From Gemmatimonadota bacterium (GTDB lineage Bacteria; Gemmatimonadota; Gemmatimonadetes; Gemmatimonadales; GWC2-71-9): a stretch of DNA of 64,000 nucleotides. Of this stretch, positions 10,007-19,366 are shown one piece after another. The stretch is taken from the NCBI GenBank assembly GCA_039933845.1, contig JBDTNH010000004.1, positions 259 to 64,258 of the forward strand, given 5' to 3'. Each line of letters opens with the position of its first letter. The stretch's first letter is position 1. Under the pieces are notes generated by a model. It did not search any database, was not told where the DNA came from, and saw only the letters and a list, made by a program, of their open reading frames with translations. Both the position numbers and the translations under genes were made by a program.

Positions 10007-10948
10007 TTAGGAAGGATCCGCCCGCCGATACGCCTCGATCACCGCACGCTCCCCGTCAACGCCTTTCTGCGAATTGCCGTGCTCCATCCCGATGATGCCC
10101 GTGTAACCCTTCGTGTGAAGATGCTCGAACACCTTCGCAAAATTGATCTCGCCGGTCCCGGGCTCCAGCCGACCGGGATTGTCGCCGACCTGGACGTAGG
10201 CGACCTCCGACCACGCCGCGTCGAAATTCGGGATCAGGTTCCCCTCGGTGATCTGTTGGTGGTAGATGTCGAAGAGGATCTTGCACGAGGGCGAGTCGAC
10301 AGCGCGACAGATCTGGTACGCCTGCGGGATCCGCTTGAGGAAGAGACTCGGATGGTCCCGCCGATTGAGCGCTTCGATCACCATGACCAATCCGTGCGGC
10401 TCGAGCAGGGCCGACGCGGCCCGGAGAATCTCCACGGCGCGCGCGGTCTGATACTCCGGTTCGAGCCGCGGTGCCTCGGTGCCCAGCACCACCGTCATCC
10501 ACGTCGCCCTGACACGCTTGGCCACCTCGATCGAGGCGCGCGTATCGGCGAGGAATGATTCGCGGAATTCGTCGGTACCTTCGGCGAAGGTCGTGGTCCA
10601 CGCCGTCTCGGGATTGAGGACGAACACGCCCATTCGCATGCCGAGTCGCGACATGGCAGCGCTGATCCGCTCCTGGTCGGTGACACTCCGCCCCCGCATG
10701 CCGTTGTCCTCCATCGAGCGGAATCCCTGATCGTGCATGTACTCGAGTTGCGCGACCACGTCGTCACCGGCCGAATTCCGGAACATCCCGAAGTGGGGCG
10801 CATAGTCCATCGTGAATGGGGCACCGGACGCTCGAGCGCCCCACCCCGCCCTCGCCCCCTCGGCGAGCGGCGGGGTCTTCGTGCGAGATGCCGCGCCGAC
10901 ACCTGCCACCACGCTACCCACACTGGCCACGAAATCTCGGCGCTCCAT
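10007..10948 (-). CDS. TAT-exported sugar phosphate isomerase/epimerase (xylose isomerase-like TIM barrel)
   Basis: MERRDFVASVGSVVAG twin-arginine-type leader from ATG 10948. Hydroxypyruvate-isomerase-like TIM barrel sequence. One nt after the upstream stop. Confidence 0.75.
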   Translation of the reverse strand: MERRDFVASVGSVVAGVGAASRTKTPPLAEGARAGWGARASGAPFTMDYAPHFGMFRNSAGDDVVAQLEYMHDQGFRSMEDNGMRGRSVTDQERISAAMSRLGMRMGVFVLNPETAWTTTFAEGTDEFRESFLADTRASIEVAKRVRATWMTVVLGTEAPRLEPEYQTARAVEILRAASALLEPHGLVMVIEALNRRDHPSLFLKRIPQAYQICRAVDSPSCKILFDIYHQQITEGNLIPNFDAAWSEVAYVQVGDNPGRLEPGTGEINFAKVFEHLHTKGYTGIIGMEHGNSQKGVDGERAVIEAYRRADPS

Positions 10949-10949
10949 C

Positions 10950-12242
10950 CTACCAGCCCTCGGTAAAGCCACGATCCAGGCGCGTCTCGCCCGGCGTCGG
11001 GACCGGCGGGACGGCCTGCGGACCGAGTGCGAACGATTCGGGGAGGATCGCGAGGTTGGCGCCGATCAGTTCATCCCACGCCACGACCTGACCGGTGTAG
11101 CAGGACTCGCGTCCCATGATCGCAGTGAGCGTACTCTCGGCGATGCGGCGCCCCTCGTTGAGCGGCTTGCCATTACGGATGCTCACCACAAGATCACGAT
11201 GTTCCTCAACGTACGGATCGATGTCGAGCTTGGCGTGCTTCCAGGTGGTGGCACCCGCGATGGTGTCGTAGGCGTTGCTGGTGCCGCGTGTCCCCATGAA
11301 GTGCTCGCCGACCCGACTCGCCGTGCCGTCTTGCTGTCGGCACATCGACGAGACGCGCCGACCATCGGCATACTCGAACTCGATGGCAAAGTGATCGAAG
11401 ATCTGGCCGTACAGGGGATCGGTGCGGGTCTGACGGCCACCCATGCCGAGGGCCCGGATCGGGTGAGCACCCATGACCCAGTTGGCCACGTCGATGTTGT
11501 GGACATGCTGCTCGACAATGTGATCGCCCGACGCCCACGTGTAGTAGAGCCAATTCCGGAGCTGGTACTCGGTGTCACTCCAGTCCGGCTGCCGCTGATG
11601 ACTCCAGAGGCCACCCTGGTTCCAGTACACCTGGCCGGTGATGACATCACCGATCGCTCCGTCGTGCAGTCGGCGGATGGTCTCGACGTAGCGCGGGTCA
11701 TGCCGGCGCTGCGTTCCCGCCACGAGCGCAAGTCCCTTCGTGGCCGCCTGATCGGCGGCGGCGATCACCTGCAACGCGGTGCGCACATCGACCGCGACCG
11801 GCTTCTCCATGAAGACGTGCTTGCCCGCGGCGATCGATGCCGTCAGGTGCTCAGCCCGGAACGCCGGCGGTGTCGCAAGAATGACGAGATCGACGTCGGT
11901 GGCGAGCACCTGTCGGAACGCATCGAAGCCGGTGAAGCAGTGATCGTCGGTGACCTTGTACTTCGAGGCGAAATCGGCATTGTCGTTCGCCACCTTGGCG
12001 AAGTTGGCCCGCGCAGCGGCGAGATGGTCGGGGAAGAGATCGCCGATCGCCACCAGCGAGACATTCTCGCTCGCGGTCAGGGCGTTCTGGACCGCACCGG
12101 TGCCACGGCCGCCACAGCCGATCACCCCGATCCGGATCGGATCGGCATCGGGGCGTCCGATGCCGAAGGCACGTCGAGGAAGCGCGGCGGCCGCCAAGGC
12201 GGCACCACTGGCGGCGACGAAGTTTCTGCGCGTTGTGCTCAC
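10950..12242 (-). CDS. TAT-exported Gfo/Idh/MocA family oxidoreductase
   Basis: GTG at 12242 gives VSTTRRNFVAASGAALAAAAL (twin-arginine leader). Rossmann motif IGVIGCGGRG. GTGA overlap with the upstream stop at 12239-12241. Confidence 0.85.
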   Translation of the reverse strand: MSTTRRNFVAASGAALAAAALPRRAFGIGRPDADPIRIGVIGCGGRGTGAVQNALTASENVSLVAIGDLFPDHLAAARANFAKVANDNADFASKYKVTDDHCFTGFDAFRQVLATDVDLVILATPPAFRAEHLTASIAAGKHVFMEKPVAVDVRTALQVIAAADQAATKGLALVAGTQRRHDPRYVETIRRLHDGAIGDVITGQVYWNQGGLWSHQRQPDWSDTEYQLRNWLYYTWASGDHIVEQHVHNIDVANWVMGAHPIRALGMGGRQTRTDPLYGQIFDHFAIEFEYADGRRVSSMCRQQDGTASRVGEHFMGTRGTSNAYDTIAGATTWKHAKLDIDPYVEEHRDLVVSIRNGKPLNEGRRIAESTLTAIMGRESCYTGQVVAWDELIGANLAILPESFALGPQAVPPVPTPGETRLDRGFTEGW

Positions 12243-13015
12243 GGAATCCTCACAAGTCGAATGCCGGCGAAGGGACCATCGGAGAGCCACCAGCGGCTCT
12301 TGGGAATTTGTGGGTCGGTCTTGTTCCACGACGGCTGCTGGGTGGCGCGGGTTCGGGCACTCACGGAGTCGCGGCGATCGAGGAAGGTGCCGCCGCGTAT
12401 CCGCCCTGATCCATCGGAGCTCGTCACCCACTCACCCGCGTTGCCGAATAGATCGTATAGCCCGAGCGCATCGGGGGCCAGTGCCGCCACCGGATGGGTG
12501 GTACCCTCCGCGACGTCGGCTGCCCAGGCCACCGTGGCCGGGACCGTGCCGCGAGGGACGGACAGCTCGGCGGCCCGCTGCCACTGCGCTTCGGTCGGCA
12601 CCGCATACGTGTGCCCGGTCTTCCCGCTCAACCAGGCCGCGAAATCGACCACTGCACGATGGGTCAGCGAGATCGCGGGATAGCCCCGATGTCCATAGCC
12701 ACGATCGGGCGCCCCATACGGCTTGGAGGGTCGCGTCGTCGCGTCGATCGAGGCCCGATCCGCGCGAGGGATATCGAATCGCAGGTAGAAAATGTCGTAC
12801 AGTTCCCACGGCACCTCGGTTCGGCCGATCCAGAACGCGGGCACCAGGACCGACGTGCCGGTGCCCGGGTCGATCGTTCGACCTGCCGGGATCCGGACCA
12901 GTTCCCAACGCACTCGCTGCCCAGGCAACGAGTCGCTGATGGCGGGACTCGACGTCTGGGACGAGAGGGGCATGGCGACACAGGTGAGTGCGACCGCCCA
13001 ATGAGATAGGTTCAT
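12239..13015 (-). CDS. secreted formylglycine-generating-enzyme (FGE/SUMF1) domain protein
   Basis: GLYDLFGNAGEWV and RGGTF motifs of the FGE-sulfatase fold. Signal peptide MNLSHWAVALTCVAMPLSS from ATG 13015. Confidence 0.8.
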   Translation of the reverse strand: MNLSHWAVALTCVAMPLSSQTSSPAISDSLPGQRVRWELVRIPAGRTIDPGTGTSVLVPAFWIGRTEVPWELYDIFYLRFDIPRADRASIDATTRPSKPYGAPDRGYGHRGYPAISLTHRAVVDFAAWLSGKTGHTYAVPTEAQWQRAAELSVPRGTVPATVAWAADVAEGTTHPVAALAPDALGLYDLFGNAGEWVTSSDGSGRIRGGTFLDRRDSVSARTRATQQPSWNKTDPQIPKSRWWLSDGPFAGIRLVRIP

Positions 13016-13018
13016 GGA

Positions 13019-13975
13019 ATGCACAGGTTGAAGTGGGCGCACGTCGCGCTCGGACTGGCCGGCCTCCTCCACAACTTGCACCCGTCGACCCTGTCGGGAC
13101 AGGGGGGGCACGCCTCGTTGCAGGAATTCCGCGAGGTGCATCTGGGCATGGAATTCCGGATCGTCCTCGACACCACGGCGGGCGGCGATGCCGGCCGGTT
13201 GGCGAGAATGGTCTTCGACCGGGTCGATTCACTCGACCTCGTGTTCAGCGACTGGCGACCCCAGAGCGAGCTGTCGAGGCTCGGCCACGCACTTCCTTGG
13301 GTCTGGCACCCGATCTCGAACGATTTGGCCGCCGTGCTCGCCTTGGCCTTCGATGTTGCTGAGCGGACCAACGGTCGATTCGACCCCACGGTCGGTCCCC
13401 TCACCCAGCTCTGGCGACTCGAGCGGTCGACCGGTGTATCGCCAAGCGATAGCGCCCGCGACGACGCGCGCGCGCGGGTCGGGTGGACGCATGTCGATCT
13501 CGACGCGGCCCGCCATCGGATCCGGTTTGACCTGTCGGGGATGCAGCTCGACTTGGGTGGGATCGCCAAGGGATGGATCCTCGAACAGGCCGCGGTTGTG
13601 CTGCGCGCACATGGCCATCCGCGGTTTCTGATCGAAGCGGGAGGCGACATGGTACTGGGTGAGGCACCGCAGGGAAGCCGTGGGTGGCAGATTCGAGTCG
13701 TGCGTGAACAGGGCGACACTGTGCTGCCACTCCACAATGTCGCCGTCTCGACGTCCGGGCCATCGGCACAATCGATTCCCGCGCCCGACGGAGCCAGCGC
13801 GTCGCACGTGATCGATCTGGCCAGTGGTCGCGGCAGCGAATCCGCGCTCCAGGTGAGCGTGATCGGTCCGGATGCCGCGATGACCGATGCCGTGGCCACC
13901 GCACTGACGCTTATGCCACGAAGCGCCTGGACGCGCCTGCTCACGCATTACGGGGTGGCGCTGCTCAGCCCCTGA
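13019..13975 (+). CDS. apbE: FAD:protein FMN transferase
   Basis: ApbE motifs DPTVGPL and LDLGGIAKGW. Hydrophobic N-terminus. Confidence 0.85.
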   Translation: MHRLKWAHVALGLAGLLHNLHPSTLSGQGGHASLQEFREVHLGMEFRIVLDTTAGGDAGRLARMVFDRVDSLDLVFSDWRPQSELSRLGHALPWVWHPISNDLAAVLALAFDVAERTNGRFDPTVGPLTQLWRLERSTGVSPSDSARDDARARVGWTHVDLDAARHRIRFDLSGMQLDLGGIAKGWILEQAAVVLRAHGHPRFLIEAGGDMVLGEAPQGSRGWQIRVVREQGDTVLPLHNVAVSTSGPSAQSIPAPDGASASHVIDLASGRGSESALQVSVIGPDAAMTDAVATALTLMPRSAWTRLLTHYGVALLSP

Positions 13976-13976
13976 C

Positions 13977-15713
13977 TCAGCGCTGACCCTCGTCGATTCG
14001 GCCGAGCTCGCCAACCACCACCAACTCGGTGTCGCCCGCGAGATCGAGCCAGAAACCCGGTGCTTGCACTCCGATCGACGTCCACGTCGTACCGTCCAAC
14101 CGGTACACTTGCCGAAAATCGCCGACGATGTAGTACGAAGAACCCACGCGTCGGATGCCGCGAATGTCGTTGAGGGTCGGCGAGTATTGCGGTGTCCAGC
14201 CGGTGCCCTCCCCGCGGATGATCGTGCCGAGGTCGCCGACGAACCACACGTCGCGCTCGCCCGAGACCAGGATGCCGCGGAGATTCTGCTCCGTGCTGAC
14301 CGACAGATTGGCGAGCTTCGTGCCGTCCCACACCATTGCCGTACCGCTGTCGCCGACAACATAGAGGCGATCCCAGCGTTCGCCGGCCACCCGACGAAGG
14401 AATTGGGTGGTGCCACTGGCGATCGATCGCCAACTCCCGTTTTCACGCGCCAGCACCGTGCCACTGCGCCCGACCGCCAGGGCGTGCGTCCCGTCGTACC
14501 AGACCGAGCGCAGGAACGCGCCGGTCGCGAAAATTTCGCGAGTCCATGCACCGCCCTGCTGGTGCATGATGGTTCCGCTGTCGCCCACGGCGATCCGATC
14601 GCTCGCCGAGGGACCCGCCACCGCGTAGAGCGAGGCCGGCGTCGGGATGTAGACCGGAATCCACCCCCCCCCCTGCCGCTCGTACGCCAATCCCCCCGTT
14701 CCGACCGCGAGCGCTGGACCGCTCGCGGGAACGTGAACGCCGTAGAGGGAGCCCCCCGCCAGGGCGGTTCCCCAGCCAGCCGCCTCGTCGAGAATCGTGC
14801 CGGCCCAACCCACGGCGGTGCGATGCCCCGCAGGACCGGTGACCGCGCGGAGGTTCTCGCGGGCGCCGCGCACCTCCGCCTGTTGCCACGTGAAGCCGTC
14901 ACCTTCGAGCAACGTGCCTCCATCGCCCAAGACCGTGAACCGTCCCGGTGACGCCACGGTCACATCGAAGAGATTGAGTGGGGTCGGAGAAACGACCTGC
15001 TGCCAGGTGTCGCCGTCGCGGACAATGATCGTCCCGCCGCTCCCGACGGCGACCATCCGGCCGCCCGGCGCGGCAGCCACAGCGAACAGGGTCCGCATCG
15101 TGGGCGAGGACTGTCCGACCCACGTGACGCCGCTGTCCCGGCTCTCGAGGATCGTCCCGTTCTGGCCGACGGCGATCAGGTCGTCCAACGCCCGACCCGC
15201 GACTCCCCAGATCTCCTCGGTCGTGCCCGTCGTCGCGGGCACCCACCCGGCTGCTGTCCGCCGAAGGATGGTGCCGCCGACCCCATGGACCCAGGCGTCG
15301 GTTGCTGAGAGCCCCCAGATGCCCAGCAGGATATTCCCGCCGCTCGCCACGTTCAGCGGGTGCCACAACCCCTCGGCGTCACGCTCGAGCAGATCGGTGC
15401 CGACGGTAGCGAGGAGCTCTCCCACTTCCCCTCCCCAAATGCCGGTGACCAGTCCACCGCCCGGGAGTGGCTCGCTGTGCCAGACCCCTCCGGTCCGCGT
15501 CAGGACCGCCCCGGCGCTTGACCCAACCCAGGGTGTCCCGGACTGATCCGTGTACGCCGCCAGCAGCGAGGCGTCCGTGAGACCCTGGACCACCGTCGAC
15601 AACGCCATGAAGGGTGGCGTCGGGGGGGGCGGTGGGGGAGGGAGGACACCATCAGTCGGGTGGCACGCCCCCAGCAGGATGCACACGGACAGCAGCCGGT
15701 GAGCGTTCGACAT
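13977..15713 (-). CDS. BNR/Ycf48-like beta-propeller lipoprotein
   Basis: Many repeats of the type G..GTIL...DGG.TW. LLGAC lipobox when started at ATG 15713. Confidence 0.65.
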   Translation of the reverse strand: MSNAHRLLSVCILLGACHPTDGVLPPPPPPPTPPFMALSTVVQGLTDASLLAAYTDQSGTPWVGSSAGAVLTRTGGVWHSEPLPGGGLVTGIWGGEVGELLATVGTDLLERDAEGLWHPLNVASGGNILLGIWGLSATDAWVHGVGGTILRRTAAGWVPATTGTTEEIWGVAGRALDDLIAVGQNGTILESRDSGVTWVGQSSPTMRTLFAVAAAPGGRMVAVGSGGTIIVRDGDTWQQVVSPTPLNLFDVTVASPGRFTVLGDGGTLLEGDGFTWQQAEVRGARENLRAVTGPAGHRTAVGWAGTILDEAAGWGTALAGGSLYGVHVPASGPALAVGTGGLAYERQGGGWIPVYIPTPASLYAVAGPSASDRIAVGDSGTIMHQQGGAWTREIFATGAFLRSVWYDGTHALAVGRSGTVLARENGSWRSIASGTTQFLRRVAGERWDRLYVVGDSGTAMVWDGTKLANLSVSTEQNLRGILVSGERDVWFVGDLGTIIRGEGTGWTPQYSPTLNDIRGIRRVGSSYYIVGDFRQVYRLDGTTWTSIGVQAPGFWLDLAGDTELVVVGELGRIDEGQR

Positions 15714-15782
15714 GCGGGTTAGCGGGGCAATGCGCACACGGGCTCCGGGGGCGGGAGAATACCTGTCAGGCGGCGAGGGTCG

Positions 15783-16937
15783 TCAGGGTCGGGTTGCAAC
15801 CGATTCGTCTCCGGCATGTCGGATCAGCACGAGGATATCGGCGCGTTGCTGCCGATAGAGGAACGCCCCGCCGATCGCGGCGAGGATGAGGAGAGCGAGT
15901 CGGGCGGTCGTGGCACCTCCGACGAGGGGTCCACCCAGCACCCAGGTCACGAGAACGGCGAGGGCCGTTCCCGATGCCCATCCGCGCGCTTCACGCCCCC
16001 GTTGCTCGGCGAGCGCGAATCCGAGTGTGGCATAGCCAACCACGACCTCCACCAAGGCGAGGGTGTCAGCCTGTGTCGCGTCGCCGCCGCCATGCCATGA
16101 CAAAGACCCGAGGCTCGGCGGAGTCGTCACGAACCAGGGCAACAGCAAGGCCAGGACGACCAAGACGGCCGACGGCTCGACCCGTCGTTCGGTCCGCGTC
16201 CGCCGTCCCCACCATCGATCGCCGCCGAAGAGACTGACGGCGAGGATACCGACCGCCAGGCTCCCCCACCCCGGACGGATGATCAGCAGCGGGAGCAGCG
16301 CCACCACCGCCCAGGCGAGCCCCACCCGTGCGAGCCGTGGGCCGCGGGGCGCCTTGCCACCAACCGCTCCGCTCCGACCTGCGGCGGCCAAGGCCGCCCC
16401 GGCTCCGGCCGAGACCGCCAGCGTGAGCGAGACTCGATCCGTGACGAACAGCCCCTCGATCGCCAAGAGCCAGGCCAGCGGAACGAGCATCCAGGCGAGC
16501 GCCACGAGTGGGAGATCGAGGAAGAACCGCGAGACCAGAACACCCCCTTCGCCGATGCGACGGCGAACATGCACCGAGGCGAGGGCACCAAGCCCGCCGC
16601 CCAGCCCATTCGAGAGGATGTCGGTGACCGCGCTGTAGCGACCAGGCAGCATCATCTGAGCGGTCTCGATCGCAAGGGACGCCAGCAGTCCGACCACCGT
16701 GATGCCGATAACGGTCCACTTGCCGCCCCCGACCCGCTCGAGGAGAAAGCCCAGCGGCAGAAACAAGACGATGTTGAGCAGGACATCGCGAGGCTCGGTT
16801 GTCGCGAGACTCTCCCAGCGGGCGGTCCGTATCAGGTCTGTCGAGAACGTGAACGGCGCCAGCACGATGGCCGCCACCACAAGTCCCATCCAACTGAGCA
16901 GGAGCCAGCCGGATCGGCGACCGGCGAGATCAGCCAT
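15783..16937 (-). CDS. VanZ-like integral membrane protein
   Basis: N-terminal VanZ-type segment VLLNIVLFLPLGFLLE followed by further hydrophobic helices. 384 aa. Confidence 0.6.
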   Translation of the reverse strand: MADLAGRRSGWLLLSWMGLVVAAIVLAPFTFSTDLIRTARWESLATTEPRDVLLNIVLFLPLGFLLERVGGGKWTVIGITVVGLLASLAIETAQMMLPGRYSAVTDILSNGLGGGLGALASVHVRRRIGEGGVLVSRFFLDLPLVALAWMLVPLAWLLAIEGLFVTDRVSLTLAVSAGAGAALAAAGRSGAVGGKAPRGPRLARVGLAWAVVALLPLLIIRPGWGSLAVGILAVSLFGGDRWWGRRTRTERRVEPSAVLVVLALLLPWFVTTPPSLGSLSWHGGGDATQADTLALVEVVVGYATLGFALAEQRGREARGWASGTALAVLVTWVLGGPLVGGATTARLALLILAAIGGAFLYRQQRADILVLIRHAGDESVATRP

Positions 16938-16965
16938 TGCTAAGATGATGGCATTGTGATATCAT
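16937..16965 (+). promoter_or_regulatory. candidate sigma70-type promoter for the SPFH gene
   Basis: TTGCTA (16937-16942), a 17-nt spacer, then TATCAT (16960-16965) with a TG at the extended -10 position. Lies in an AT-richer divergent intergenic region 30 nt upstream of ATG 16996. Confidence 0.35.
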
Positions 16966-16995
16966 TTCGATGTCACTTTCAACGGGGATCCGATC

Positions 16996-17865
16996 ATGAT
17001 TCGTGAAGTCACTCGCAAGGCAACCAACGGAGTCTTTGCCCTTCTCGTCCTGCTCCTCGTGGCGGTCCTTTCGGTCGCGGTGCTTGTCAGCGGGGTCAGC
17101 GAGGAGAATGCCATCAAAGGGGTCCTTGGCATCCTTTTGGGCCTCGTTACCCTGATCGGCCTGACCGGGCTGTTCGCGATCCAACCGAACAACGCGAAGG
17201 CCTTGACGCTCTTCGGCAAGTACAAGGGCTCGGTCCGCGAGCCTGGGCTCTGGTGGATCAATCCCTTCATGGCGAAGCAGCTGGTCTCACTGCGCGTCCG
17301 TAACTTCGAGACCGCCAAGCTCAAGGTCAACGACCTCGATTCCAACCCGGTCGAGATTGGGGCCGTCGTGGTCTGGCAGGTCTTCGACAGCGCCGAGGCG
17401 CTCTTCGAGGTGGACAACTACGAGGACTACGTGCGGGTGCAGAGTGAATCCGCGGTGCGGTCGCTGGCGACGCAGTATCCCTACGACGCCCACACCCCCG
17501 ACGTGGTCTCGCTGAGCCACAATGCCGCCGACATCTCGGAGCAACTCGCACACGAGGTCCAGGACCGGCTGCAGAAGGCGGGGATCAAGGTACTCGAGGC
17601 ACGGATCACGCACCTGGCCTATGCACCCGAGATCGCCCAAGCCATGCTCCGGCGTCAGCAGGCGAGCGCCATCATCGCGGCGCGCGAGAAGATTGTCGAG
17701 GGTGCCGTCTCGATGGTCGCCATGGCCCTCGCGCAAATCGAGCGCGATGGGATCGTGGTCCTTGATGACGAACGCAAGGCCTCGATGGTGTCGAACCTGC
17801 TCGTGACCCTCTGCACTGACCAACCGATGCACCCGGTGATCAACACCGGCACACTCCACCACTGA
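16996..17865 (+). CDS. SPFH/Band 7 domain membrane protein
   Basis: Two N-terminal hydrophobic helices followed by a stomatin/prohibitin-like core. 289 aa. Confidence 0.85.
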   Translation: MIREVTRKATNGVFALLVLLLVAVLSVAVLVSGVSEENAIKGVLGILLGLVTLIGLTGLFAIQPNNAKALTLFGKYKGSVREPGLWWINPFMAKQLVSLRVRNFETAKLKVNDLDSNPVEIGAVVVWQVFDSAEALFEVDNYEDYVRVQSESAVRSLATQYPYDAHTPDVVSLSHNAADISEQLAHEVQDRLQKAGIKVLEARITHLAYAPEIAQAMLRRQQASAIIAAREKIVEGAVSMVAMALAQIERDGIVVLDDERKASMVSNLLVTLCTDQPMHPVINTGTLHH

Positions 17866-17868
17866 ATC

Positions 17869-18042
17869 GTGGCCGAACGCAAGGCGGTCCTCGTCCGGCT
17901 CGATCCGGCGCTGCATGCAGCACTCCAGCGCTGGGCCGCCGACGAGTTGCGCTCGTTCAACGCACAGGTGGAATTCGTCCTGACACGAGCACTCAAGGAG
18001 CACGGGCGGGCGCCGCGGCCTCGAACTGAGAATGAACGGTGA
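17869..18042 (+). CDS. small ribbon-helix-helix (Arc/MetJ-like) protein
   Basis: GTG 3 nt after the SPFH stop. 57 aa: VAERKAVLVRLDPALHAALQRWAADELRSFNAQVEFVLTRALKEHG..., a beta-strand/helix/helix pattern as in Arc-family proteins. Shorter than any ORF listed in the track. High GC3. Confidence 0.5.
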   Translation: MAERKAVLVRLDPALHAALQRWAADELRSFNAQVEFVLTRALKEHGRAPRPRTENER

Positions 18043-18119
18043 CCGTTCCAACACGCAACACCGCGGGACTGGCAGACCACAGTAATTCTGGCTAGTCTCC
18101 GCATACCCTCAACAAGCGA

Positions 18120-18824
18120 GTGTTCTTGGTGCACAAGGCCCATTCCCTCTTGCTCCTCCCGCTTGCCGCCGCGTTTATGGCCTGCGGTTCCAAGAGCACA
18201 GGTCCCGGTGACAGCAACGGCGAGTTCGTGGTTCGCGGATCGGGTTCCGTGACGGCCTCGTCGCTGTCGCAACTCAACGTGGACCCCAGCGTCTTCTCCG
18301 TGGCGTTCTTCGAAATCCGATTGTCGTCGAACACGGATTGCTCAGGTCCGTATGTCTCGGTCTTGACGGCGAGTCCCGCGCGTCGGCTCGACATGAAGAC
18401 CAACCCGGAAATTGTCCGGGTCGCGGGCCTCCCCGACGGAACCTATCCCTGCCTGGCCATGCGGATCAGCGACTTGCTGCAGTTCGTACCGGCGACAACC
18501 GAGGGCGTGTGCATCGGCGGCACCAGTTACACACACGACACGTACCGTGTCGGTAACGAGAGCGTCGCTTTCAAGGATATCAACGGCGCCCCGATCACGG
18601 CCCATGGCACCGACGCGGCGCCGGCAGAAGATCCCGTCTGGGCCTTCGCCTCGACGAATCCCTCGGCAGTGGAGGCTCGGGGCTACAGTCAGAATCAAAT
18701 CATCACACTCAGCGCATCGCTCCATGTCCCGGGATCGACCACGTTCTATTGGGACGCCACGAACGCGCTGCAATCGACCGGGTCCGAGTGCGACATCGTG
18801 GCCGGAAATGTCGGGTTCCGCTGA
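18120..18824 (+). CDS. lipoprotein, function unknown
   Basis: N-terminus ...LLLLPLAAAFMACGSK (lipobox). 234 aa. Confidence 0.6.
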   Translation: MFLVHKAHSLLLLPLAAAFMACGSKSTGPGDSNGEFVVRGSGSVTASSLSQLNVDPSVFSVAFFEIRLSSNTDCSGPYVSVLTASPARRLDMKTNPEIVRVAGLPDGTYPCLAMRISDLLQFVPATTEGVCIGGTSYTHDTYRVGNESVAFKDINGAPITAHGTDAAPAEDPVWAFASTNPSAVEARGYSQNQIITLSASLHVPGSTTFYWDATNALQSTGSECDIVAGNVGFR

Positions 18825-18917
18825 AGCTGAAGGACGGTGGCCGCTGAACGCGCAACGCTGAAGGTTCAACGTGTCATCCCTGCGCGTTGAGCCTTCACCG
18901 GCGTCCAGCATTGCTCG

Positions 18918-19346
18918 TCAGGCGTCGCGAGTCGTCCCTTGCGACACCTCGGGCTGGTCCGTGTCATCATGCCCCTGCAGGCGGGCCAGGCGGGCCAGCT
19001 CCTCGTAGTCACGGTGGATCGCCTCGAGATCTTCCTGCTCGAGTTCCTCGAGATCGAGCAGCCGGTTGTGCGCGCCCTTGGTCGCCCGAATCAGCTCGTC
19101 CAGCTTGACCTGGACCGCCTCCGCATCGCGATTCTGGGTGTTCTGGATGAGGAAGACCATCAGGAACGTCACAACGGTCGTACCGGTGTTGATCACCAGT
19201 TGCCACGTGTCGCTCCAATGAAAGAGCGGACCGGTGACGGCCCAGACGACGATAACCAGCAGGGCGAGGACAAACGTCGCGGGTCGGCCGGACGCCCGAG
19301 ACGTCCACTTCGCAAAGGCACGGAAACGGGATGGGGCAGCTGGCAT
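18918..19346 (-). CDS. low-affinity iron permease family protein
   Basis: VINTGTTVVTFLMVFLIQNTQNRD segment typical of this family. Start at ATG 19346 (MPAAPSRF). Confidence 0.7.
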   Translation of the reverse strand: MPAAPSRFRAFAKWTSRASGRPATFVLALLVIVVWAVTGPLFHWSDTWQLVINTGTTVVTFLMVFLIQNTQNRDAEAVQVKLDELIRATKGAHNRLLDLEELEQEDLEAIHRDYEELARLARLQGHDDTDQPEVSQGTTRDA

Positions 19347-19366
19347 CGGATTTACCCCCACAAAAC

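Noticed and set aside
10812-12683. 623-aa plus-strand ORF
   Set aside because: It is antisense to the Gfo/Idh/MocA and FGE-domain genes. It is Arg/Gly/Pro-rich with no motifs, so it is a shadow ORF.
14664-14673. Homopolymeric C/G runs of 9-10 nt as phase-variation switches (also 2264-2272, 40725-40733, 42764-42773, 51685-51693)
   Set aside because: All lie inside conserved Gly-Gly-Gly-encoding segments of housekeeping-type genes: the patatin GGGG oxyanion loop, NadE, the propeller gene and paralog 3. They are best explained by GGG/CCC codon preference in a high-GC genome, and there is no sign of frameshifted copies.
13229-14923. 564-aa minus-strand ORF
   Set aside because: It runs out of frame across apbE (antisense) and the propeller gene. 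Its Arg/Ser/Pro-rich composition marks it as a shadow ORF.
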